The notes: generated by a model not told the origin, from the letters alone. Shown: positions 18,546 through 29,512, numbered from the stretch's first letter. The stretch: DNA of 42,666 bases from Thermomicrobiales bacterium (GCA_047605145.1 JASGGF010000003.1:1-42666), one strand, 5' to 3'. Made by a program: numbers and translations.

Positions 18546-21149
18546 GTGTCTGGAACCACCAAGTTTACGGAGAAGGCGCAGGAAGCGGTTGTTAGCGCGC
18601 AACGCGAGACCGAGGCGCGCAAGATCTCGCAGTTGGAGCCGGTGGCGCTGCTGCTGGCGCTGCTGAACCAGACGGATGGGCTGGTCCCGCAGATCTTGCG
18701 CAAGCTGCAGGTTGATCTCGGGCAACTGCGGACGCAGGCCGAGACCGAGTTCACCAGCCTGCCGAAGCTAGCCTACGAGGCGCAGCCGGCAGTGAGCAGC
18801 GCCATGCGCAAGCTGCTGACGAACGCGGAAGACGAAGCGCAGCAGATGCGCGATGAGTACATCAGCGCCGAGCACCTGCTGCTGGGGATGCTGGATGGCG
18901 CCCAGAGTGGCGCGGCGAAGCTGCTGACGCGGCACGGCGTGACAAAGGACCGGGTGTACGAGGCCCTGAGCGGCATTCGAGGGGGGCAACGCGTGACTGA
19001 CGCGAATCCGGAAGACAAGTATCAGGCGCTGGAGAAGTACGGGCGTGATCTGACCGAGCTGGCGCAGGAAGGCAAGCTCGATCCGGTCATCGGCCGCGAC
19101 GACGAGATTCGCCGCGTGATGCAGGTGCTCTCCCGCCGCACCAAGAACAACCCGGTGCTCATCGGCGAGCCGGGCGTCGGCAAGACGGCCATCGCCGAGG
19201 GGCTGGCGCAGCGCATCGTGCGCGGCGACGTGCCGGAGGACCTCAAGGACAAGCGGGTCATTTCGCTCGACCTCGGCGCGCTGGTGGCCGGCGCGAAGTT
19301 CCGGGGCGAGTTCGAGGAGCGCCTCAAGGCGGTCCTCAAGGAAGTGACCGATGCCGCCGGCGAGGTGATCCTGTTCATCGACGAGCTGCACACCGTGGTC
19401 GGCGCCGGAGCGGCGGAGGGGTCGATGGACGCCTCCAACATGCTGAAGCCGATGCTGGCGCGCGGCGAGCTGCGCACCATCGGCGCGACCACGCTGGAGG
19501 AGTACCGCAAGTACATCGAGAAGGACGCCGCGCTGGAGCGTCGCTTCCAGCCAGTCTTCGTCGGCGAGCCGACGGTGGAGGACACCATCTCCATCCTGCG
19601 CGGCCTGCGCGACCGCTACGAGCAGCACCACAAGGTGCGCATCCTCGATTCCGCGCTGGTGGCGGCGGCGGTGCTTTCCAACCGCTACATCACCGACCGC
19701 TTCCTGCCTGACAAGGCCATCGACCTCGTTGACGAGGCGGCGTCGAAGCTGCGCATGGAGATGACCTCGCTGCCGGTGGAACTGGACGAGGCCGAGCGGC
19801 GCATCATGCAGCTGGAGATCGAGCGCGAGGCGCTGAAGAAGGAGAAGGACTCCGCCTCCCGCGACCGGCTGGGCGCCCTCGAGAAGGAACTCGCTGACCT
19901 GCAGGAGAAGCGCGACGCCCTGCGCAGCCGCTGGGAAAGCGAGCGCGAGGCGGTCCAGAACGTCGCCGAGCTACGCGAGAAGATCGACCAGACCAAGGTC
20001 GAGATCGAGCAGGCGAAGCGCGCCTACGACCTGAACCGCGCCGCCGAGCTGCAGTACGGCACGCTGGTGCAACTGGAGCAGCAGCTGGGGGCGGCGGAGC
20101 AGCGCGAGGACGCAGCGGACTCCCCGATGGTCAAGGAGGAGGTCGATGGTGAGGATATCGCCGACGTCGTCTCCCGCTGGACGGGTATCCCGGTCAGCCG
20201 CCTCGTCGAGGGCGAGATCGAGAAGCTGCTGAAGATGGAGGATCGCCTGCACGAGCGGGTGATCGGGCAGGACGAGGCGATTGTCGCTATCTCGAACGCC
20301 ATCCGGCGCTCGCGGGCGGGGCTTTCCGATCCGAACCGGCCGCTGGGCAGCTTCATCTTCCTCGGCCCCACCGGCGTCGGCAAGACGGAGCTGGCGCGCG
20401 CGCTGGCGCAGTACCTCTTCGACGACGATCAGGCGATGGTGCGCATCGACATGTCGGAGTACATGGAGCCGCACTCCGTGAGCCGCCTGATCGGGGCGCC
20501 TCCGGGCTACGTCGGCTACGAAGAGGGCGGGCAACTGACGGAGGCGGTGCGCCGCCGCCCGTACAGCGTGATCCTGCTGGACGAGATCGAGAAGGCGCAC
20601 CCGGACGTGTTCAACGTCCTGCTGCAGATTCTCGATGACGGCCGGGCCACCGATGGGCAGGGGCGCACGGTCGATTTCAAGAACGCGGTCATCATCATGA
20701 CCTCGAACCTCGGCAGCGCGTACATCCTGCCGGTGGGCGAGGGAAGCGATGAGCAGATGCGCGAGCGCGTCATGGACGCGATGCGCAGCCACTTCCGGCC
20801 AGAGTTCCTGAACCGCATCGACGAGATCGTGATCTTCCGCCCGCTCTCGCGGGATCAGATCGGTGAGATCGTGGAGATTCAGATGCAGGGGGTGAACAAC
20901 CGGCTGGCCGACCGCCAGATGCGGCTGGAGATCACCCCTGCCGCCGAACAGTGGCTGGCGGACAAGGGCTACGACCCGGCCTTCGGCGCCCGCCCGCTGA
21001 AGCGGGTGATCCAGCGCGAAGTGCTGGACAAGCTGGCGAAGCTGGTGCTGGGCGGCGAGCTGCGCGACGGCGAGGCGGTGACCATCGACTCCGATGGCAA
21101 GGACCTGACCTTCACCACCGCGCGCACGCCAGTTGGCGCCGCCAGCTGA
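18546..21149 (+). CDS. clpB: ATP-dependent chaperone ClpB
   Basis: [10 protein letters not shown]-domain, two Walker A motifs ([16 protein letters not shown]), long coiled-coil middle domain, [16 protein letters not shown]. Confidence 0.97.
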   Translation: MSGTTKFTEKAQEAVVSAQRETEARKISQLEPVALLLALLNQTDGLVPQILRKLQVDLGQLRTQAETEFTSLPKLAYEAQPAVSSAMRKLLTNAEDEAQQMRDEYISAEHLLLGMLDGAQSGAAKLLTRHGVTKDRVYEALSGIRGGQRVTDANPEDKYQALEKYGRDLTELAQEGKLDPVIGRDDEIRRVMQVLSRRTKNNPVLIGEPGVGKTAIAEGLAQRIVRGDVPEDLKDKRVISLDLGALVAGAKFRGEFEERLKAVLKEVTDAAGEVILFIDELHTVVGAGAAEGSMDASNMLKPMLARGELRTIGATTLEEYRKYIEKDAALERRFQPVFVGEPTVEDTISILRGLRDRYEQHHKVRILDSALVAAAVLSNRYITDRFLPDKAIDLVDEAASKLRMEMTSLPVELDEAERRIMQLEIEREALKKEKDSASRDRLGALEKELADLQEKRDALRSRWESEREAVQNVAELREKIDQTKVEIEQAKRAYDLNRAAELQYGTLVQLEQQLGAAEQREDAADSPMVKEEVDGEDIADVVSRWTGIPVSRLVEGEIEKLLKMEDRLHERVIGQDEAIVAISNAIRRSRAGLSDPNRPLGSFIFLGPTGVGKTELARALAQYLFDDDQAMVRIDMSEYMEPHSVSRLIGAPPGYVGYEEGGQLTEAVRRRPYSVILLDEIEKAHPDVFNVLLQILDDGRATDGQGRTVDFKNAVIIMTSNLGSAYILPVGEGSDEQMRERVMDAMRSHFRPEFLNRIDEIVIFRPLSRDQIGEIVEIQMQGVNNRLADRQMRLEITPAAEQWLADKGYDPAFGARPLKRVIQREVLDKLAKLVLGGELRDGEAVTIDSDGKDLTFTTARTPVGAAS

Positions 21150-21180
21150 GGTCGGGCCGTTTCCAGCAACGTGAGACGTA

Positions 21181-21217
21181 GACAAACCGGGGCGCCCCAA
21201 CGGCGCCCCGGTTTGTC
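21181..21217 (+). terminator. Perfect 16-bp hairpin after clpB (terminator or processing site)
   Basis: GACAAACCGGGGCGCC-CCAAC-GGCGCCCCGGTTTGTC. Confidence 0.6.
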
Positions 21218-21248
21218 GTTGTGGCCCGCTGCGCGGAGACTTCACTGC

Positions 21249-21788
21249 ATGGAGACCGAGACGGATATAGTGGCCCTGACCATGGACGACCTGCGCGCCA
21301 TTGCCGGCTTCGCGGCGGCGTGCGCGGCAGACGCGCTGCCGATCTTCGAGAGTGCACAGCCCGGCGACCCGCGCCCCCGCGCGGCAATTGATGCGGCGCG
21401 GGTGTTCGCCGGGGGCGGGCGGCGGGACAAGGCGCTACGCGGTGCGGCGTGGGCGGCGCTACGCAGCGCCTCCGATGCCGCAGATCCTGCCAACAGCGAG
21501 GCCGCGCGTTCCGCGATGGCGGCGGCTGGTTCTGCCTACCTCCACCCGCTGGCGAAGGCCAGTCAGGTGAAGCACATTCTCGGGTCCGCTGCGCACGCGG
21601 CGCGGGCGGCCGAGCTTGCGGCCGGTGGTGATTTAGCAGCGGGAGCCAAGGTGCTGGAGCAAGCCCGGCAGCGCGCGTCGCCGGTCGTTATCGACGTGCT
21701 GGCCCGATACCCGCCGGCGCCGGCTGGCGGCGGCAAGATTAGCGAGATCGTGCGCGATCTGGACACCGCGCTGCGGGCACGCCGGTAG
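21249..21788 (+). CDS. Imm-5-like (putative immunity family) protein
   Basis: AAACAADALPIFE, PGDPRPRAAI, YLHPLAKASQVKHILGSAAHAA pattern. Confidence 0.7.
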   Translation: METETDIVALTMDDLRAIAGFAAACAADALPIFESAQPGDPRPRAAIDAARVFAGGGRRDKALRGAAWAALRSASDAADPANSEAARSAMAAAGSAYLHPLAKASQVKHILGSAAHAARAAELAAGGDLAAGAKVLEQARQRASPVVIDVLARYPPAPAGGGKISEIVRDLDTALRARR

Positions 21789-21861
21789 GCGGGCAAGCCG
21801 GGCGCCGCAATGGCCCTATACTGGCCGAAAATGGCGTGAAGTACAGGGAAAGGTCGATACG

Positions 21862-21999
21862 ATGCCGGGTTGGTTGGCTGCATTGCTGGGGAGCGCGGCG
21901 ACGTTTGTCGTGCTGATCCTGATTATCATGGCGCTGGCGGCGCTGATGATGATCATCTTCGGGATCGCCACCGGCATTGACGACCGCATCACGGACTAG
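21862..21999 (+). CDS. Small (45 aa) membrane protein
   Basis: MPGWLAALLGSAATFVVLILIIMALAALMMIIFGIATGIDDRITD*; AGGGAAAGG upstream; host-like codons; ends 8 bp before the next gene; missing from ORF track. Confidence 0.65.
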   Translation: MPGWLAALLGSAATFVVLILIIMALAALMMIIFGIATGIDDRITD

Positions 22000-22007
22000 G
22001 CATCACA

Positions 22008-22253
22008 ATGCCTGACGGCCTCGCCGGCATCGGGCGCATGTTGGTGGCGGCGGGCCTCGTGCTCGCCGCCATCGGTGTTTTCCTCATCATCGCGCCGCGC
22101 GTGCCGGGGCTGGACCGGCTGGGCCGCCTGCCGGGCGATATCTTCATTCAGCGCGGCAACACCACCGTGTTCATCCCCATCGTTTCCTCGATCATCATCA
22201 GCATCCTGCTGACGGTCGTGCTGAACCTGATTTTTCGCGGCCGGGGCTCGTGA
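22008..22253 (+). CDS. DUF2905 family small membrane protein
   Basis: LGRLPGDIFIQRGNTTVFIPIVSSIIISILLT. Confidence 0.88.
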   Translation: MPDGLAGIGRMLVAAGLVLAAIGVFLIIAPRVPGLDRLGRLPGDIFIQRGNTTVFIPIVSSIIISILLTVVLNLIFRGRGS

Positions 22254-22418
22254 CGCCGTGTTCATCCTGCGGTAACAGGACGCACAGACAACCAACACCC
22301 GTTGACGATTGCCCGTCGTCTCATTACTCTCGCCCGGGGAACACGAGAGCCCTCTGGTGCGTTTGCATCCCAACGCGGGCCCGCCCGGTTCCGCATGATG
22401 TCGGATGAAGGAGTGTCA

Positions 22419-24383
22419 ATGAAGGCGTATTCCGAAGCTGCTACGTCGCAGGGTCCTTCCCGCTTGACCCGCTTCGCCGCGGCCGCGTTGTTCGTGACCG
22501 GGAGCTGGGGCGCCACCCTGATGGCGGCGATGCCCGCGTCGGCCCAGAGCGGGCCGGTCAACTTCAGCACGGCGGAGCTGGCCCCCGTCGATGCCTACGC
22601 GTATTCCGTAATGACGCTGGACAACAAGTCCGACCAGTGGCTGCTCTCGGACGAGTTGCTGCGGCGGGCTGGCTTCGGCGATGCCCTCGACCAGATGATC
22701 TCCGAGGAGTTGACGGACGAGAACGGCAAGCCGCTGCCGCTCGACGCCCTGATGGGCGGCGAGATCGGCGTAGTGGTCGATGACAGCACGCTGGACATGG
22801 TGGCCGATGATTCGCTCAGCTCCGGCGAACTCGGCATGATGACCGGCGACATGGGCGATAGCAGCGATACTGCGCAGAACGATTTGCAGGGCGTTGCCGC
22901 GATCCTCGACACCCGCGCGCCAGACACGGCGTGGGTCATTGTGCAGGCGGCGGCCAAGGACGGCCAGACATCCGAGTACGAAGGCGTGACCATCACGTAC
23001 GCGCCGCCGGATCCTACCGATGACGAGGATGATACGGGTATCGCGGTCGCGCGCGTGGATGATCACATCCTGCTGGCCTCGACGCCGGAGGATTTGCACC
23101 CGATCATCGACACCGCCAACGGCGCCAACGAGAGCATCGTCAGTCTGCCGCAGTTCTCGACGGCGGTTGATGCGTTGCCCGACGAGTTCATGTCCTTCAC
23201 GTTCGTCAACAACGGCGTCGCCAAGGATGTGGATTTCGGGTCATTCGAGTCCTCCCTCTCGACGTTGGTCAAGGACACCTACGTTGGGGTGACGATTTCG
23301 GCGGATCAACCGGGTTTCCGGCTGGAGTCGGTGACGATTCCGGGCGAGGACGAGATTCCGCCCATCCCCGCAGCCTACGATTCTCAGCTCGCCACCGTGG
23401 CGCCTGACTCGTCGCTCGTGTTCCTGAGCACGCCGAATCTCGGCGAGTCCGGGGTGCTGGATGCGCTGGGCGCGGCGGCGATTGGGCTGGCGTTTGGCAT
23501 GGGCGCCCCGGCGGACGAGGGTACTCCAGCGGCGGATGCCGACCCGCAGGCCGCCATTGCCGCGCAGTACGAGGCGGCGGCTGGCATCCTTGGGGTGAAC
23601 CTGCAGACCGATCTCTTCCAGCAGTTCGTGGGCGAGTACGGCGGCTGGCTGACGGTTGACGCGACCGGCCAGTCTGGCACCGGCGTCTTCGCCAGCAAGG
23701 TCGAGGACCCGGAGACGGTCAGCAACGCGCTGATGCAGATTTCCCTGCTCATCCAGAGCACGGTCAGCAGCGACGACGACACGTTCACGACCAAGGCGGT
23801 CGGGGGCGGCAACGTCTACTCCATGGATATGGGTGACGGCACGTCCCTCGAGTTCGGCGTGATCGACGACATGTTCGTGCTTGGCCTTGGCGATTCCGTC
23901 GAGCGCTTTGCCGGCGCGCAGTCGGACTCGCTGGAGAGCGGCGCGCTCTACCAGAGCGTGATGAGCAATCTGCCCACGGACACGAACGGCATCTTCTACC
24001 TCGACCTGACGCAGGCGATCCCGCTGGCGCAATCGTCCTCTGACATGGCCGACGACTTCGGCATGGACAGCGGCGGCAGCATTCAGGACGCCAGCGATGC
24101 CTGCGCGGATTACGCCACGGCGGAGGACGCGCAGTCGGCGTACGACGCGGGTGAGCCGAACACGTTCGATCTGGATCAGGATTTTGACGGCGAGGTTTGC
24201 GAGGACTACTTCGCGGAATCGAACTCCGTCGAGGAAATCGAGAGCGAAGACGACCTGGCGAGCAGCGATGTCGAGGATTCGTTGGCCAATGCCGACTACT
24301 CGAACATCCAGGCCTTCGCGCTGGTTGGGCACGAGGAAGACGGCCTGCAGCACGCCTCGGGCATCCTGCTGATCGGCGAGTAG
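22419..24383 (+). CDS. Secreted acidic DUF3352-like protein with Excalibur-like Ca-binding insert
   Basis: AAGGAG RBS; signal peptide ending PASAQ; repeated beta-rich units (YEGVTI, QQFVGEYG, FYLDL); CADY...LDQDFDGEVCE near the C-terminus. Confidence 0.65.
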   Translation: MKAYSEAATSQGPSRLTRFAAAALFVTGSWGATLMAAMPASAQSGPVNFSTAELAPVDAYAYSVMTLDNKSDQWLLSDELLRRAGFGDALDQMISEELTDENGKPLPLDALMGGEIGVVVDDSTLDMVADDSLSSGELGMMTGDMGDSSDTAQNDLQGVAAILDTRAPDTAWVIVQAAAKDGQTSEYEGVTITYAPPDPTDDEDDTGIAVARVDDHILLASTPEDLHPIIDTANGANESIVSLPQFSTAVDALPDEFMSFTFVNNGVAKDVDFGSFESSLSTLVKDTYVGVTISADQPGFRLESVTIPGEDEIPPIPAAYDSQLATVAPDSSLVFLSTPNLGESGVLDALGAAAIGLAFGMGAPADEGTPAADADPQAAIAAQYEAAAGILGVNLQTDLFQQFVGEYGGWLTVDATGQSGTGVFASKVEDPETVSNALMQISLLIQSTVSSDDDTFTTKAVGGGNVYSMDMGDGTSLEFGVIDDMFVLGLGDSVERFAGAQSDSLESGALYQSVMSNLPTDTNGIFYLDLTQAIPLAQSSSDMADDFGMDSGGSIQDASDACADYATAEDAQSAYDAGEPNTFDLDQDFDGEVCEDYFAESNSVEEIESEDDLASSDVEDSLANADYSNIQAFALVGHEEDGLQHASGILLIGE

Positions 24384-24410
24384 CGGTACGAAAGGCCCGA
24401 AGAGCGCCGG

Positions 24411-24454
24411 AAACGCAAGGCGGGGCGTCCACACGGACGCCCTGTTTTGCGTTT
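24411..24454 (+). terminator. Hairpin/terminator between the two DUF3352-like genes
   Basis: AAACGCAAGGCGGGGCGTCC-ACAC-GGACGCCCTGTTTTGCGTTT. Confidence 0.55.
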
Positions 24455-24772
24455 GGGGCATCGTTTCCCGGACGCATCCGGGTGCGGGCAGGCGTGGAGT
24501 CGCCGTCGTAGCAGACAACGATGCGACACGCTCGGTGTTAACCCTTTGACAGTCTCCGGCCGCGCGAGCCGGGTATGGTTGGCGCATTGGGACCGCGTCT
24601 TGCGTGTCTGCACCGCCGGGAGAACCTTCTGGCGTTCGGCGCCGTTACCTTTACCAGCGGGCAAGCGCCGCAGGGGCGCGCCCTTTGCCGCCGGGGCGAG
24701 TATCGGGCCCCGTTTGCTTGCGCATCGCGGGATGTCAGGACGTGACGTCCATCACACGTTCAGGAGCGAAGC

Positions 24773-26629
24773 ATGAAATCCTTGCGGAAGATCACCACGG
24801 TCTGGCGGCCACTTACGGCCTCGGCGTTGGTGATTTCAATGGGAAGCGCCGCGTTGCTGGCTTCCCCGGTTACGGCGCAGGAGGCGCTGCCGCCGATCAT
24901 TGACGCGGCGCCCGCCAATACGGCGCTCTTCCAGCAGGTCGATCTGAACTTTGCCGGGGCCCAGTGGCAGCAGACCGATGCGCTGCTGGCGCGGCTGGGC
25001 TTCCCGGACGCGCTGGACACATGGCGAGACGAAATCGTGGCCGAGCACGGCGCGGAGGGCGGCTTCACCGAGGCGGACCTCGATGCCGTCACCGGAGGCG
25101 AAGTCGCGTTTGTGGTTTCTGATCAGGCGGTTGCCACGCTGATGCAGGTGCAGGCGCAGATGGCCGCCGAAATGACCGGCACGCCGGTCGCGACGCCGGT
25201 ATCCCTGACCGAAGGCGAGCCACTGGGCGTGGCCATGATCCTGCGCGCCAGCGATGCGGACGCGGCGTGGGAGTACGCAGAGCGCCAGACCACGGCCTTC
25301 GCGGACCAGAACGACCTGACCGTTGAATCGAACCCGTACGGCAGCGGCGAGATCATCGAGACGGTGGGCGGCGAGGATGAGTCGTCTGCCGACCTCAGTT
25401 CGCCGTACAGCGAGCTGCTCGGCGCCCACGGCGGCAAGGAGTTCGCGGCGGGCCGGGCCGGGGACTTCATTATCGGCGCGGCCACGGTGGAGGATGTCGA
25501 GCACATCATCGACGTCATCGATGGCAACGCGCCCTCGCTGAGCGAGTCGGAGCACCTGACCGAGATCTGGCCGCACCTGCCCTCGCCAGCGCTGGCCTTT
25601 ACCTATGTCGATGGCGAGGCCATCCTGAACGCGCTGGATGACGAGACGGTTGCCAGCCTCGAAGCCATGCAGCCCGGCATGGACCTTGAGAGCCTTGGGT
25701 CCTACGCGGGCGTGACGGTTTCGGCGGTCGATGAAGGGTTCCGCATGGACTCCATCGCGACCATCGCCGAGGGCGCAGATGCCTCGAAGCTGATCGTGCC
25801 GAACAGCCCGGCCTCCGTGGCGGCGGCCTCGCACGTTCCGGCCGGGACCTTCGTCTTCTCGGCAGGCGTCCTGCCCCCGGATGCCTTCGCTGGCGGCGCC
25901 TACTCCGTGGCGCAGGCCGTGAACGCAATGGAAAGTGGCGAGGCGCCTGCCGAAACCATGCCGTCGCCGGAGCAGGTGCAGACGGAGATCGATCAGGCCA
26001 CGGAAACGCTGGGGTTCAACCCGGCAACGGACCTGTTCAACATCCTTGGCCCAGATTACCTGTTCTTCAGCTCCTTCCCCTCCTTCATGGAAGGCTTCTC
26101 GTTTGACGCTGTCCTGGCGGTGAGCACCAGCGATCCGGCCACGCTGACTTCAACGATGCAGAAGGTGGCGGACCTGATCACGCAAGAGGCTGGCGACGAC
26201 GTGTCGCTGACCACGCGCGACGATGACAACGGCACGATCTACTCGCTCAGTGACCCGGGTTCTGATGAAGGCAGTCTGAGCGTTGATTTTGGCGTGCTGG
26301 GCAATCAGGCCGTGGCGGGTGTCGGCACGGGTCTGAGTCAGCTTTCGGCCACCCCGGCGAACGCGCTGGCGGATGATCCGCAGTATCAGGAGATCATGGG
26401 CACGCTGCCCAGCGACTTCTCCAGTGTCTTCTACCTGGATGCGCGCCCGATCACCGCGTTCGCGGCGATGATGTCCGGCGGCTTCAGTGAGGGTGGCGAG
26501 GCCACCCCGGTCGCGGCGGATGCCGGCAGCATCGAGAACCTGCTCGGGTTCGGCGCCGTGGCGTCGTCCGACAGCGACACCACGATGGCTGGCAGCGCGA
26601 TCCTGTACATCGCCGATCCCGGCAACTGA
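24773..26629 (+). CDS. Secreted DUF3352-like protein, paralog of the upstream gene
   Basis: AGGAG RBS; signal peptide ending VTAQ; shared motifs with the upstream protein (QW..LL.R.GF.DALD, GGE, F(T)yV, GFR..S, FYLD). Confidence 0.65.
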   Translation: MKSLRKITTVWRPLTASALVISMGSAALLASPVTAQEALPPIIDAAPANTALFQQVDLNFAGAQWQQTDALLARLGFPDALDTWRDEIVAEHGAEGGFTEADLDAVTGGEVAFVVSDQAVATLMQVQAQMAAEMTGTPVATPVSLTEGEPLGVAMILRASDADAAWEYAERQTTAFADQNDLTVESNPYGSGEIIETVGGEDESSADLSSPYSELLGAHGGKEFAAGRAGDFIIGAATVEDVEHIIDVIDGNAPSLSESEHLTEIWPHLPSPALAFTYVDGEAILNALDDETVASLEAMQPGMDLESLGSYAGVTVSAVDEGFRMDSIATIAEGADASKLIVPNSPASVAAASHVPAGTFVFSAGVLPPDAFAGGAYSVAQAVNAMESGEAPAETMPSPEQVQTEIDQATETLGFNPATDLFNILGPDYLFFSSFPSFMEGFSFDAVLAVSTSDPATLTSTMQKVADLITQEAGDDVSLTTRDDDNGTIYSLSDPGSDEGSLSVDFGVLGNQAVAGVGTGLSQLSATPANALADDPQYQEIMGTLPSDFSSVFYLDARPITAFAAMMSGGFSEGGEATPVAADAGSIENLLGFGAVASSDSDTTMAGSAILYIADPGN

Positions 26630-26650
26630 CCGGCGCATGGCGCATCATGG

Positions 26651-26683
26651 AACCCCTCTCTCCGCACGCGGGGAGAGGGGTTT
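26651..26683 (+). terminator. Family-B-related hairpin probably acting as terminator
   Basis: AACCCCTCTC-TCCGCACGCGGG-GAGAGGGGTTT, same CCCCTCTC/GAGAGGGG stem as the family-B repeats. Confidence 0.5.
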
Positions 26684-26807
26684 CCTGCGTCATTCCGGGT
26701 AACCGGCGGCGGGCGTCATTCGTTGCAGTAGCGAGAGTTTCCGCTGCTCGCCACGGCTGACAGGTCGCGGCTATGCTTTGGCGCGGCCCCCATGAAGGAG
26801 CATTGCA

Positions 26808-28622
26808 TTGATTCTCGATCCCAACCTGCGGCGCAGTCTGGCTCCCGACGAGCAGTCAGACTTGCAGCGGCTCTGGCACGCTCTGCGCGGCACGACGGCG
26901 AAACCAACGCGGCGCGATCTGCTGCGCTGGTCCGCCATCACGGCGGGCGCCGTGGCGACCGCGCGCGGTGGCCTGCTAACAGCGGCGGCGCCACGCCCGG
27001 TGCTGCGCCAGGACGCGGCGATTGTCGAAGGCGCGGAGATCACCGTGCCGTTCGACGCGTTCGGCCAGACGATCAACCTGGACCCGCACCGCTCAAGTGA
27101 CTACGGCGGGTTCTGGGTGATGTACCCGAATGTCTGGGCAGGCTTCCTGCGCTACGACGAAAATGGCCGCATCGCGCTCGATCTGGCGGACAAGATTTCC
27201 CGCTCGGCAGATGGCCTGCGCTACACCTGCACCATCAAGGAGGGCGCGCTGTACGCCAGCGGCAACCCGGTGCTGGCGGAGCACTTCGTCGCTTCCTGGG
27301 AGCGGGCGCTGGACCCGGCCAACCTCTCGCCGATGGCCGCGTTTATGGAGCCGCTCAAGGGCTTCGAGGCGCGCATCGGGGGCGACACCAACCCGCTGCC
27401 GGCCTTCTCGGTCACGGATGACCGGACCGTGGTCATCGAGCTGGAGACGCCGGTCACCTTCTTTCCTTCGTTCTTCGCCTCCTACGTCTGGGCCGTCGTC
27501 GAGCCGCAGGCCCTCGCGGATTTCGGGGACACCAATTTCGTGCTGAACAGCGCGGGCGCCGGGCCGTGGCAGTTCACGGGGTATCAGCAAGACACCCAGT
27601 TCATCATGGAGCCGAACCCGAGCTACTACGGGGAGCAGAACCCGTCCATCGTCAAGATCACGTGGCCAGTGGTGAACGGCCCGGACGCCGCCAGCGCCAG
27701 CCTCGATCTGTACGTGAATCAGGACGCCGCCTCGGCGGATGTGCCGCTCTCCCTGCTGGCGGATGTCGCGGCGGATGACACCCTGAAGGCTGACCTGAAA
27801 GCGTTGGCGACGATGCAGGCGAACACGCGCTCGCTGGCGATGGACTTCCAGCAGCCGCCGTTCAATGACGTGCGGGTGCGCCGCGCCTTCGGCATGGCGT
27901 TCGACCGCGACCGCTACGCCGAGATCTACGAGGGCACCTGGACGCCGGCGACGGTGTTCACGCCGCCGGTGGTCAACGAGTTGAGCGGCTACGTGCCGCC
28001 GGCCGGGCTGGTTTTCGACCCGGATCAGGCGCTGGCGCTGCTGGAGGAAGCCGGCTACCCGAACGGCGAGGGCCTGCCGGAGATCATCTACTACCTGGCT
28101 TCCGGCGAGAGCGATGCCGAAGCGGCGCGGGTACAGCAGGTGCTGCAGATCTTTCAGGACAACCTGGGGGTGGCGATCACGCTCGATTCCTCTCGCACGC
28201 AAGCCGAGTTGAACGACCTGATCGCGGAAACGGGCGGCTTGCAATTCGCCATCATGTGGTGGCAGACCGTCACGGATACCCCGTTCCTGATGAGCGATGT
28301 CTTCCGGCCCAATTCGCCGTACATGCAGGGCGTGTTCAACTGGTCGCCGGACAACGAGGCGGTCGGTGGCGATCCCGGCGCTGCGGCGGCGCAGTTCGCT
28401 GATTTGGTCGGCAAGGCCGATGTCGAGCTGGACAACACAGCGCGCAACGATCTGTACCAGCAGGCGGAAACGCTGGTGCTGGAGAACGCGGTCTACGTGC
28501 CGATTGGCAACTGGGTGCCGATGTACGTCCAGAAGCCATGGCTCAGTGGCACGCGGCAAGGCCCGTGGACGGGCCGGTTTCCGGCGCTGTTCGACAAGGA
28601 CGTGGTGGTGCTCGCCCAGTAG
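26808..28622 (+). CDS. Peptide/nickel ABC transporter substrate-binding protein (family 5), Tat-exported
   Basis: TRRDLL twin-arginine motif, LDPH, GAGPW, PPFNDVRVRRAF, LLEEAGYPNG; no permease genes adjacent. Confidence 0.88.
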   Translation: MILDPNLRRSLAPDEQSDLQRLWHALRGTTAKPTRRDLLRWSAITAGAVATARGGLLTAAAPRPVLRQDAAIVEGAEITVPFDAFGQTINLDPHRSSDYGGFWVMYPNVWAGFLRYDENGRIALDLADKISRSADGLRYTCTIKEGALYASGNPVLAEHFVASWERALDPANLSPMAAFMEPLKGFEARIGGDTNPLPAFSVTDDRTVVIELETPVTFFPSFFASYVWAVVEPQALADFGDTNFVLNSAGAGPWQFTGYQQDTQFIMEPNPSYYGEQNPSIVKITWPVVNGPDAASASLDLYVNQDAASADVPLSLLADVAADDTLKADLKALATMQANTRSLAMDFQQPPFNDVRVRRAFGMAFDRDRYAEIYEGTWTPATVFTPPVVNELSGYVPPAGLVFDPDQALALLEEAGYPNGEGLPEIIYYLASGESDAEAARVQQVLQIFQDNLGVAITLDSSRTQAELNDLIAETGGLQFAIMWWQTVTDTPFLMSDVFRPNSPYMQGVFNWSPDNEAVGGDPGAAAAQFADLVGKADVELDNTARNDLYQQAETLVLENAVYVPIGNWVPMYVQKPWLSGTRQGPWTGRFPALFDKDVVVLAQ

Positions 28623-28630
28623 GGCGAGCG

Positions 28631-29512
28631 TCACTCCTCTGGGAAGAGCGAGGCCTGCACTGGCGGCAAGTCTGCCACCTGCGGCGGTTCGCCGCGCAAC
28701 ATCCCGATTAGCACGAGCGCGTTGCGGGTTCCCGCTCCGCGCTCGTTATTGTTAAACATGACGTGGACTTCCGTGGCGCTGGCCGCGAGTTGATCCACGA
28801 TCTCGCTGAATCCCACCAGTTCCTCCGTGGAGTAGTCGTAGTCGTACCGGCCACCGCGCCCCATCCAGCCGGCGACATTGCGGCCGTGCAGCCTCAGGTA
28901 GGCGAGTCCCGGGTTCGTGACTGCGACCACGGGCGGCGCCGAGCCATACGCGATCTGCGGCTCATCGGCGATGGCGTAGGCCAGCCCGAGGTCTGCCAGC
29001 AGAGCGAGCGTCTCGGGGGCGTGTTCGACGTCGAGCCAGGTGGCGTTGCGGAATTCGACGGCGACGGTGTCCGAGGCCATCTCGGCGGCGACGCGACTGA
29101 GCAGGTCCTGGTTCGCTACAGTGTTGTCGAAGCTGGGCGGGAACTGGAAGAGCGCCACCCCCAGCCGAGTCGTTGCCCGCAGCGGCTCCAGCGACTCGCG
29201 AAACAGCGCGAAATCACGAGCTGTTGGCGTGGCCGGATTGTGCGTCAAGTCGCGGAACGCCTTGACGTCGAAGCGAAAGCCCTCCGGCGTAAGTTCGATC
29301 CATTTCTCGTACGTGCTGGCGGGCACCGGGCGGTAGTAGGAGGTGTTTACCTCCACGATGGGGAAATGCCGCGCGTACCATGGCAGCTTGTCATCGGGCC
29401 GGGTGCGGGTCGGGTAAAACCCCGGCAGGCTGTTCCAGGAGCTGATGCCGACCCACACCGTCGCGGCCCCGATCTGCACGGGCTGGACGGCGTGGGCCGG
29501 CGGGCTGCTCAC
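28631..29512 (-). CDS. DUF72 (YecE-like) protein
   Basis: YARHFPIVEVNTSYY, FDVKAF, LFQFPPSF, VEFRN, YLRLHGRN, YDYDYS, MFNNN; GTG overlaps the upstream stop. Confidence 0.92.
   Translation of the reverse strand: MSSPPAHAVQPVQIGAATVWVGISSWNSLPGFYPTRTRPDDKLPWYARHFPIVEVNTSYYRPVPASTYEKWIELTPEGFRFDVKAFRDLTHNPATPTARDFALFRESLEPLRATTRLGVALFQFPPSFDNTVANQDLLSRVAAEMASDTVAVEFRNATWLDVEHAPETLALLADLGLAYAIADEPQIAYGSAPPVVAVTNPGLAYLRLHGRNVAGWMGRGGRYDYDYSTEELVGFSEIVDQLAASATEVHVMFNNNERGAGTRNALVLIGMLRGEPPQVADLPPVQASLFPEE

Noticed and set aside
21249-21788. Toxin-immunity pair around the Imm-5-like gene
   Set aside because: No adjacent toxin gene; upstream is clpB and downstream are small membrane proteins
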